Origin: Glycera tridactyla
Taxonomy: Eukaryota
Direction of reading: 5' to 3'
Assembly (NCBI GenBank): GCA_965644265.1
Contig: OZ286460.1
Coordinates: 50,158,001 to 50,222,000, forward strand
DNA length: 64,000 nt
The notes beneath the pieces were generated by a model, which was not told the DNA's origin, did not search any database, and saw only the letters and a list, made by a program, of their open reading frames with translations. Shown here piece after piece: positions 45,211-54,569 of the stretch; the stretch's first letter is position 1, and every line of letters starts with the position of its first letter. The translations under genes were made by a program, and so were the position numbers.

Positions 45211-48200
45211 CTGCAACATAGGGAAAAACAGACTAGCATAAATCAGATTGTTTCTCTGATGTTTAACAGCATGTATCAACCCAGAGGATTATGTATGCCG
45301 TGTGCACCTTCCCTGGTCAATTGAAGCTCTCCCCTTCAGACATCACTCTCACAAAGCCTGGACACAAGGATATGGGGAACCCAAAAGGTTGTCAAGTGCA
45401 AGTAGGTGACAGTTCAGATGCACCTATAACTATCTAACATGAACATGGTGATCCCTCTTTGCATGTACATCCCTTAACAGTCTCTTTGAGCCTGAGCCTT
45501 TCTCTGCTGAAAGTTTGATGCTCATAACACAATGTAGAATCTAATTGCATACGACAAACGCCTTCTTTACCAAAAGCCAAGTACCAATGCACAAACGAAT
45601 GCAGTAAAATTTTGTTTGAAGCACTCTACACACTACAGTGGAACTGCCATAGATGTCTTCAAATAGCAGTCTCGCAAACAAGTAGTTTCTCGCCTGAGGT
45701 ATATTTCAGTCAAATAGGAAAGATGCCTTGAAAAAGTGGTCTCCCATCATAGGTGATCTCTCCTTAGGGTCTTGAGTGGTACTCATACTCACCCCAAGTA
45801 AATTGCGTGGAATGTAGCCTTCATTGTCACTTTTCCGTGCCCACCACCACTCCTTCTCACGCTCATCCCCTTTCCGCAACACGACCAAGGAGTCTAAATT
45901 CTTGAATGATAGTTCATCCGGATTTTGAGCAAGATAGTCAAAAACAGCATACACAACTCCTTTGTTGATGATTCCAAGTTTCTCCTGGATACCTACAACA
46001 CATAAATGGTATGATTAAGTCACAGCCTCACTAACAAGCTTTCTCCTCAAATAATTATCGTAATCATTGGTAGTATAGTTATAATTGTCATTGATATCAA
46101 TCAGGTCAGTACCTGTAAAAATTAAAATACATGGAGCCTCATGCACACTGGTTTCAATGTCAATGGAATAGCTGATCTGGTGGACAATTTTGAAACTCAG
46201 CATTTAGTGGGAACCGCTTATATCCATGAAGTTATAAGGTATACTTTTGCCAATTTCGTACAGTCGGAGAATTCATGAATGCATCACAGATAGTGCAACA
46301 GGAGGCCTTTCAAAACGGAAAAAATAATTGTAGGATGAGGGGTCATCATCTTTCATGTGGTGTGTATGCAACATCTGATACACTTGCATAAAAGGGTGTT
46401 CTTTGTAGGCAGGTGACTATTCAAGCAGGTTTGACTGCAATAAGGTCCTGGGAGAGTTTTCCATGAGGAGGTCTCTCATATCAAGTTCTATCACTGACAA
46501 TGAAGGATGTATCTTACTGTAGAGATATTCGGAGCATCCATCATAGCCATCCTCATCCTCTTCACATTTTTCTGCTGCAGTCTCTTGATCGCTTATCGTC
46601 GTGGCGAAAATACAAGCACCATGCTCCACCAGGATCTTCACCATAGGAAGGTTATTACAGCTGGCGGCACAATGCAGTGGTGTCCTGTAACAAGAGTAAG
46701 ATCAGAACCCATGTTATAGAATGGGATCAGAGAACAAGGCTACCAGTATGAAATACAGTGAAACCTGTGACAATACATCCCCTGACAAGAGTCCACCTCC
46801 GATGGGAGACCGCTTTTCAGGGCAGTTTTTCTATTCGACATAGTCAAATAAGGTTGAACCTCCCTATAAAGACTGCCCTCAGTCGCATCAAAAAGTGACC
46901 TTTATAGGGAGGTGGTCTTTATGGAGAGGCCATTTACTGTTGAAAATACTACCAATGGTCGTAGCTCAGGGTGTTCTTTATAGAAAGGTGGTCTTTAGAG
47001 GAGGTACGACTGTATACCTCTGCCGATAGACTACCTGTTTTGAGACCACTTTTGGTGACATTTAGGATGGTCTCTCATCACAGGTTTCACTGTACAGTGA
47101 AACCAGGAGAAATGTCATCATGCACTCTCTTAAAAGAGATAGTTGCTCATTGGAGCAATATTTGCCATTTTTTTTGAATAGAAGATACCATGAAAAGGCA
47201 GACTGAGGCAGTTTATCCCCTAGCTTCTCTCATTGAAGGTTTGACTATTGATGTGAAGCATATAAGATTTCTATTATAGTCATGCCTATCTACAATAGGG
47301 CCTCGGTTGATGTGAGGTGGTGGTCGTTGTCGCAGTGAATTATAGAATGAAGATAAGATTACAGCCATCTGTTGGCCTGGGCAGACGATCTTTGTACAGA
47401 AGTGGTCCCAAATGCAGGTTTGCAATTAATTTACAAACCTGAATGCTTTATTTTTCAGGGCCCGAAATATCTCTCATGGCTCTCCAATGATTGATCTGCT
47501 AATCTGAGACTCTTATACAGTTGAACCTGTCCAAAGCATTCTGTCCAGAACTGATGAAGTTGACTATCCCCAAGGACAATTCCAGGCTTGCACTTGGTTC
47601 AAAACAAAAAAGACCATTCTCCTAACCATCAAATGGAGCTATGCAATAGCTCAAATCTTGGATCAGTAATCCTACATGGGCTAATCACTTTCATTCGATC
47701 TCATTTGACTTACCAGCCATCACTGTCAGGTGAATTCACATTACAGCCAAACTCGACGAGGTACTTCACAATCTCATAGTGACCAGCACATATGGCATTG
47801 TGCAATGCAGTAATACCTTCATCATTCGCAGCACTTGGATCTGGAACCTGTTGGTGCGATGAAAAAAAAAATTTAAAAATTATTTCAATCCTTGCCATAA
47901 CTTGTAGACCTCTTCACCTCCTTACTCCCTGAACAAGCTCTCAGTTGATGAGTGAAAATTAACCTACATGTGCTTTGGAACAATTGGTTAAGATGATTCA
48001 CGACGTTTCGACCACTCTACAAGCAGCCTTGATCACGTGATGGATCAGTGGCGGTGTTGCAGTGGCGGTGTTACTGATCCATCACGTGATCAGGGCTGCT
48101 TGTAGAGTGGTCAAAACGATGTGAATCAACTCAACAAATTGTTCCTATGTAGGCCAATTTTTACTTATCATGGAAAACCTTGGAACCAAGAACAATATAT

Positions 48201-51200
48201 TTGCAAAAGCTCTCAGTTGTTTGGTAAATCAAAAAGGTAGAAAGAACATCAACCTGATATCATATCTGTCTGACATACTCTGCATCACTGCTTTGGCGAT
48301 ATATCATTATTGAAATTGGTTGATACTATGGTTTCATCTTGAGTTACAGACATGAGAAAACACTTTTGTGGTTTTCCCCTAAATGGATTTCCCAAAGGTA
48401 CTGTTTGCATTCAACATCCCATCATGTATTTTGACAAATCTGGCAACTACTGCTCTTTGGAAGAAGGTAACTTTTCTAGAGAGATGGTCTCTAAAGTGGG
48501 ATCGACTGCACCAATCAACACTTTAGACTAATTTAGACAACCTCAAAATTATGGCACGATATGAATCATAAATATTTCAATGGTCATGAATCACTACAGT
48601 CAAACTTGCCAATAAAGGCCACATTCGGTTGCACCAAAAAGAGAGGTCATCCACCGTTGAAAATACTATCATGACATGCTTCAGGATGCCTTCACAGAGA
48701 TGTGGTCTCTCAGGCAGGTTGGACTGTACTTACCTCCCCAGCTGTGCGCTTCACCAATTCTAATTCTCCCTCCAGAGATGCATCCAGCAGCAAAGCAAGA
48801 GGATCAAAACTGACTCGTCGAGACGACTTCACCGAGTTCCGTGACTTCAAATTCGTTTTCTTCCTGACAATTTGGACAGCATTCATGGCAGGCTGGAAAG
48901 TGTCACTCGTTGATACGGCAGGTGTGCTATTATTATTGTCCGTTTTAACGTCATTATTATTATAGCTATCCTGAATTGTGTCCACTCGTATCACCTCCAG
49001 CTTGTTATTGCTTGGCTCGTTGGACGTAACAAACACTGAATCCTCGTCTTCATTGCCTGGACGTCTCTGCTGATGTGTATTGTGCTGCCGGAGATCATCT
49101 GTTTCACCCGAGGAAGAACGCCGTCGAAGTTTAGGCACATTTGGCCGATAATGTAAACGCTAGAAAGAAAAGATTAATATATCACTGGATTATTCCACCA
49201 GTTTCAAAGAGCTGAGAGAATTCAAAAACTTTCTATTGAAATATATTTTTGGGTATGCACACAAGTACTCTAAGCGATAAACAACCTAACAATAAACAAC
49301 CTCAACAGACTGGATAGTCCTTATACGAATGGAAACACATATACAGCTGATATGGCTCAAAAGGCTAGAGTCTTCTCTTATAAAAGTCCATATGTGCAGC
49401 CTAATATTACCTGCCCTCATAATTATCCCTCCTCTGATTTATGGCAAATTGTCGGAAACATTATCCATTTCGAAGGATTTCAGAATGATAGTTAAGGCTA
49501 ACCATTTCTTTTGTTCTGCACCATCAACCTATGATTATAACTGGTGCATGTCTTAACATACCTTAACAGANNNNNNNNNNNNNNNNNNNNNNNNNNNNNN
49601 NNNNNNNNNNNNNNNNNNNNNNNNNNNNNNNNNNNNNNNNNNNNNNNNNNNNNNNNNNNNNNNNNNNNNNNNNNNNNNNNNNNNNNNNNNNNNNNNNNNN
49701 NNNNNNNNNNNNNNNNNNNNNNNNNNNNNNNNNNNNNNNNNNNNNNNNNNNNNNNNNNNNNNNNNTGAGCCGGTGAAGCTTTGAAGGCATCATGAGAGTT
49801 AGCACCAGGCAGCAGTGGTGGACTCTCAGAAGGACTGACATCCTCTAGACCCAGCGGATGAACCGTTGCAGTCGGACTCTCCGTCTTTTGATCATCCACT
49901 TGCCTCTGCTCCCGGCTCTGATACGTCTGATCATTTATAAAATCACGATAAATTGAACTCATATTCTGTCTGTATTTATCCATTGAGGAGGTTCCAAGTT
50001 TGTTTAAGTATGTATTGGCAATAGCCCCTTTTGGAGTGTACCTGGTCGCTGGCTGTTTACTGCTTGTGTGACTGGTTTTTAAAACAGAGAGAGCCGAACT
50101 GACCGAATCATCAGATTTATTTTGGGAATCTTTCGAGTCCTCCTTTTGGTGACTGATTTGTGATATTTTGGAACCATCAACTGTATCATTTGGAGAAGGG
50201 GTGGATGCTGTGAGTGTGCGATCGAGTTGCTGAGAGCTGGTAGCAGATCGATTACCGGTCATCTGCGAGGTATTAACACCTGAAGAAGAACTAACGAAAG
50301 TGGCACTAGTGGATGCCGGCGAAATAGATGACTGACTGTCCCTTCCAGCACCAAACGATTGAAGCTGAGGGTCATTTGTGACCGTATTGGGAGATGAGGA
50401 TGATGAAGATGACAATCCACCGACTGAGGAAGAGGGATCCAGAGTTCGTTGGGGTTGGACGGGAGGTTGCGGGCGACTGGACGCTATCTGGTAAAGTGGT
50501 TGCATCCTACCGGCTGACGTAGGAGCTCCGACAGATGACGTCACACCACTTGGTGGCTGGAATTGTGATGCGATTCTCGAAACATTGCCCGACATCGAGT
50601 AAGATGAATTACTTGGCGGCATAACAACCGGTGCTCCTGTTATGAAAATTTCCCGTGTCTCATCATGTTGCTCGTGTGCTGTCTGAGATTTACCACCAGT
50701 GACGATAGGTGTTGATGTTAACGGACCAGTTCCTGGCGTACTTATCACAGAATCACTCAACTTGGAAGGAGAGGATGTTGCAGAATTAGGCACAGAAGAT
50801 GAAATACCTGAGCGGTTCACGAGCGAGGTACTGAATGTTGAACCATACGGCCGAGGAGCAAAGTTACTCATCCCATACACAGGCGGCTTAGCAGGGGCTG
50901 GTTTAGGGTCGGACTTTTTCAATGTCTCTTCCAATGCCTCATACGCTATACTGTGTCCAACAGATGGTTTATACTCAGGCTTATTGTGGATGGTTTCTTT
51001 GGGCAGGAAATCCAAACTTGCTGGCCTTCCGAGTGGCGAAGGTGGTTTAGAATTATTATTACCATTATTACCACCCTCAGTTCTATTCAATGCCTCGTTG
51101 TTCTTGACTGGCTTTTCACTCTGGTCCTCTTTCTCTTTCTTCTCATCAGAGAGGAATTTAATATTGTAGGGTAATGTTTGGTATTTAGGGTCAGTTTTGA

Positions 51201-53955
51201 TGGGACCGAATCGGTCGTCAGGTCCGTCCGTGGGTTCATGTTTGATGTAAGGCTCGACTGCAGCCACATTGGTCCCCTGAGTTCGACCCCCACCAGGTTT
51301 GTTACCCATGCTATTTGAGCGCATACGATTGGCAAGATTGAGAAGGTTGTCGCTGTTGCTAGCGGCAGCTGCCATTCGCTTCTTACGGAGCCGTGCCTGC
51401 AGTTCCGCGATACGCTCGTCCATATGTGACATCTCCTGCTTGCGCTGAAGTAAAATCTCACGCTGCGAAGACAACTTCATATTCTGTGTTTCATTCAATT
51501 TATTACGAGCCTGAAAAGACACAATAGATGAAAGAATTATTATGAAATCTACAATGACACCACTCAACCACCTATTGTATGGAACCCTTTTTGGAGGCCT
51601 CTGCCAACTACAGTCGAAACTGTCTATAAAGACCGCCTTTGGTCGCATCAAAAAGTGGTCTTTATGGGCAGGTGATCTTTATAGAGAGGTTGTTTACTGT
51701 TGAAAATACTACCATGGTCGCAGCTCAGGGTGGTCTTTTTAGAGAGGTGGTCTTTAGAGCAGGTTCAACTGTACAGCAAAACCTGAGACCAACCTAAATT
51801 TCACCAAAAAGTGAATTCTCGTCAAGAGGCAGTCTCTCCTCAGATGTATATTTGCTCAGCCAGTGAAATCTCCAAATATTAGTCTTATGATGATTTCACC
51901 TAATGGACTTTGGTGATTGTGTGGGTGGTAATTTCACTATCAAGTTTTTCCCAACCATTACCATGATCCCTTATGTATGTACAATCAATCTGGTATGCAA
52001 TCCATGCAATCACAATTCTGCATCCAAGGTCACAACAAGTAAACCAGTGAGGACACACATGTACCAGGGATTTCCTGACTAGGGAAAACATAAGGTCCAT
52101 TTGGACACACTAATGCAATTTCTATGTGCCAAATCACACTTTCACATGCCTCAAACCATGTTAGCTTATTGTTGAGAATAGGGCACAGGGTCTGACTATT
52201 GGCGATGTACCATTTTTGGGTGGAAAGTGATGTCCTTGGTACAATGTGTGAAGGTCAGGATTGAGGTGGGTTTAACAGTCCATTTCTGGCATCTGCCAAC
52301 TCGACTCCACTAAGTTATCCAATAATGATATTCATCCTAAATTTAATTTGCGTCAAAAATCTCCACAAGATGAACATAATTTCCAGCATTACTCACCATA
52401 AGATCCTTTCGTAATTTCTCCAGCTCAAGAAGCGCGGCAGAGTTATGGCGATTATCGTTTGTGCTGCTGCCATTCCGTAATGACTCGAGCTGGCGTGTCA
52501 GTTCTTCCACCTTTGTCACCGCCACTGATAACTCCTTCTCCTTCTCATTGAACAATGCCTTGATAGTTTCCAGTTCTGCAGCTGAAAAGTGGGAAGAAAT
52601 GGTCATACAGAGATGCTTCCAGGATTTTTTCCCGGAGGGGGAATTCCCCCCCAGACTTTTGAGATGAGGGGGATCTGACTTATGAAGGGGGGATCTTCAT
52701 TTCAAATTTTCAGGAAGATTTTTCAATATCTAGAAGTGGTATTATGACATTAAATTGTACAACACTAAAGCCAATTCAAATAGAAATCAAATAAAATTTG
52801 ATTAGAAAAAATATGTTGAATCTTGGGTAAAAAAAAAGTGGTTTTAGTAGGAAGGTTGTCTTTTAGGGAAGGTGGTTTGAGCAGGTTTGACTATTATTCG
52901 AATAACCCCACTTACTGACTGGGTACTTAGTCAATCTGACACGTTCACCATACTAGCATTCAAATTTTCGCGCCAAAACGAAGCTGCCGACAGTTTGCAT
53001 TGATAACACCAGGTGCTCAACCAAGACACAAACAGCGCCACACCACGGAATTATCGGGAACTAACGCGAAAACAACATGCGCAGAAGACGTATTCACGAG
53101 TCACCTAGCAGAAAGCTGCGCATATCAATCAAGATGGCCGAATATTGCTCGAATTTGACGAAATAACTATACGTTTTCCGCACATTTCTCGATTTCTCTT
53201 CGCGCACTCGCTAAATTCGATCGCGGGATTTTGCGTTTTCGTTCCCGCAGTGATACTAATGGAGCGCGGGCGATGATGGAGGAATCGCGAGCATCCCGCG
53301 ATCGCGCGGCCTGGCGGCATCTCTGGTCATACAATGTGATCTGACAGTACAAAATTTGGGAGTGAATTGATAGTTATGTTACATTTCAAACACTACTACA
53401 ATGGGCATCAATATGGTAGATTTTGTCCAGGCAGTAGTAATAAAGTTTAAAGCAAATATGCAAGAAGTCAGATGGCCAAAAGCTGCTAATCATCTTTTTG
53501 CTGATCTAAAAGATGTGAGGGAAATATCAAGAGAATGACTATGAAAATGGTGCTGATAAAATCTTGATTACCAAATGATCTGCCCTTTCATGTTACCCTC
53601 ACTATGTGGTTAGGCTGTAAGATCATTGGTGAATTGATTTTCAACTGACCAAAGAATACTTCACAATGGGAAGAGACTTACTGAGTCCAGAATTGTTGCC
53701 CTTTTGTTCATTGACCTGACCACGCAGGGCTCGTAACTTCTTGAGTTTGAGTTCCTGTGCCTCCACTTTTTCGCGCAAGGTTCGCAGACGTTCATTTTCG
53801 GCAGCAATCTGTTGGTGCCGTAGCTCCTGCTGTTTGAGGTACTTGAGTCGCTGCTCTTTAGCAACAAGCATCTGCTGCTGAGCCTCGATCTGCTGCTGCT
53901 GTCGGGTTGCCATCTCCTGTAGCTCCGACAGCGTCAGGTCAACACCACTTGGCAA
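45169..53955 (-). CDS. ASPP (PPP1R13B/TP53BP2): ASPP family protein (apoptosis-stimulating of p53 / PP1 regulatory subunit 13), 5'-partial
   Basis: Exons 53955-53682, 52581-52397, 51510-49562 (spans a gap), 49159-48734, 47847-47714, 46684-46518, 45992-45793, 45210-45169. Contains [31 protein letters not shown] coiled coil, PP1 motif RVSF (48806-48817), ankyrin repeats [14 protein letters not shown] and [14 protein letters not shown], and SH3 YAVFDY...DELSF...EWWWA...[10 protein letters not shown]-terminal ubiquitin-like exons not found. Confidence 0.95.
45793..45992 (-). CDS. ASPP (PPP1R13B/TP53BP2): ASPP SH3 exon
   Basis: tag|[19 protein letters not shown]...GYIPRNLLG|gtgagt, 200 nt. Confidence 0.95.
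46518..46684 (-). CDS. ASPP (PPP1R13B/TP53BP2): ASPP ankyrin exon
   Basis: cag|[29 protein letters not shown]...CSEYLY|gtaaga, 167 nt. Confidence 0.95.
46756..47092. mobile_element. TA-MITE family B carrying a nested family A copy (46851-47012)
   Basis: Outer TA|CAGTGAAACCTGTG...CACAGGTTTCACTG|TA; the inner copy duplicates the TA of the B consensus CATAGTCAAA-TA-TACCTC. Confidence 0.85.
47714..47847 (-). CDS. ASPP (PPP1R13B/TP53BP2): ASPP ankyrin exon
   Basis: cag|[44 protein letters not shown](W)|gtaagt, 134 nt. Confidence 0.95.
47941..48173. mobile_element. Penelope-like pseudo-LTR remnant in inverted arrangement
   Basis: Core arms 47995-48049 and 48073-48127 (55 bp, near-perfect), extending to about 105 bp each; carries a GAAACGTC motif typical of PLE hammerheads. 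Confidence 0.6.
47995..48047 (-). ncRNA. Putative type I short-stem-III hammerhead ribozyme variant
   Basis: Minus strand reads GAU-CCA-UCAC GUGAUCA A GGCUGC-UUGUAGA-GUGGUC GAAA CGUC^GUGA-AUC; stems I and II form, stem III is a palindromic ACGU, and the core has G3/C8 instead of C3/G8. Confidence 0.5.
48597..48726 (-). mobile_element. TA-MITE family A abutting an ASPP splice donor
   Basis: TA|CAGTCAAACTTG...CAGGTTGGACTG|TA; the right TA (48727-48728) is intron position +6/+7. Confidence 0.8.
48734..49159 (-). CDS. ASPP (PPP1R13B/TP53BP2): ASPP exon with RVSF PP1-docking motif
   Basis: ctttctag|[18 protein letters not shown]...[29 protein letters not shown]|gtaagt, 426 nt. Confidence 0.93.
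49562..51510 (-). CDS. ASPP (PPP1R13B/TP53BP2): ASPP large Ser/Pro-rich exon (interrupted by a 195-N gap)
   Basis: ttttcag|[10 protein letters not shown]..., open to the gap at 49766; contains NVAAVEPY and KYQTLPY; donor AAG|gtatgt at 49562. Confidence 0.85.
49571..49765. other. Assembly gap (195 N) inside an ASPP exon
   Basis: Run of N; the stated length is incompatible with the exon phase. Confidence 1.
51611..51771 (-). mobile_element. TA-MITE family A
   Basis: TA|CAGTCGAAACTG...CAGGTTCAACTG|TA, immediately followed by a family-B left end. Confidence 0.85.
52397..52581 (-). CDS. ASPP (PPP1R13B/TP53BP2): ASPP exon
   Basis: ttttcag|[31 protein letters not shown]...LRKDLM|gtgagt, 185 nt. 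Confidence 0.92.
52940..53350. mobile_element. CpG-rich repeat sharing a core with the 15777-16346 element
   Basis: 52955-53125 is the reverse complement of 16085-16255 (CATTCAAATTTTC.CGCCAAAACG, GGAATTATCGGGAACTAAC, ATGCGCAGAAGACG); termini unclear. Confidence 0.65.
53682..53955 (-). CDS. ASPP (PPP1R13B/TP53BP2): ASPP coiled-coil exon
   Basis: ttcag|[15 protein letters not shown]...GNNSGL|gtaagt, 274 nt. Confidence 0.93.
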
Positions 53956-54524
53956 CTGAAACAGAAGAAAGTTACCACATTGTAATACTCGACAACAACC
54001 ATTCATCCATCACTTGTGATCTTTGAGTTCTCAAGACCTGAAAAAAGGATAACTTGATGCAAGGTATCAAAGTCCGCCCACAAAAATGCAGAGGTTAGAA
54101 TTAGTAGAGTGCAAACAATCTGCAAGGTGGTTGCCAGTATACCTATGTGTTATGGCACAGCCCATAAGCATGAGTTATGGCACTTCCCATAAGCCAGGTT
54201 CTGGCCCGGTACATACGATTGCCGCTCCAGGTGGGTGACAATGATGGTTGATGCTAGGAGCAGGGCTTCTCATAGACTCTTTTCTTCAGCTGTTCATTGG
54301 GTGGGTGAAGGGCAATTTTCACCTGCCCGCCCCAATATTTTCAACTGCGCTGCTGGATGTAATCACTGACTGAATACTAAGAAGTGTTGAGTTTCCCAAA
54401 TCAAAATTTGAAAAAAAAAAGTGACTTAATCAATAAAATTACTGTGGACCACTTGGATGATCTACAATTATAGAATAATCATTCAGCATGACATCAAGGT
54501 GAACAAATATCATCGATTCATTAC

Positions 54525-54569
54525 CTGCTGTTTTGAGTAATCAGGAGGAACCATTGGTAGTCTCCGCAT
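54525..54569 (-). CDS. Candidate alternative first (or cassette) exon of ASPP
   Basis: ATG...MRRLPMVPPDYSKQQ|gtaatg, 45 nt, phase 0, joins LPSGVD in frame; TATATAAAG on the minus strand at 54683-54675. Confidence 0.4.

Noticed and set aside
49498-51651. 717-aa ORF as a stand-alone gene
   Set aside because: It is one ASPP exon plus intronic extensions; the true acceptor is at 51510, the donor at 49562, and the N gap inflates it
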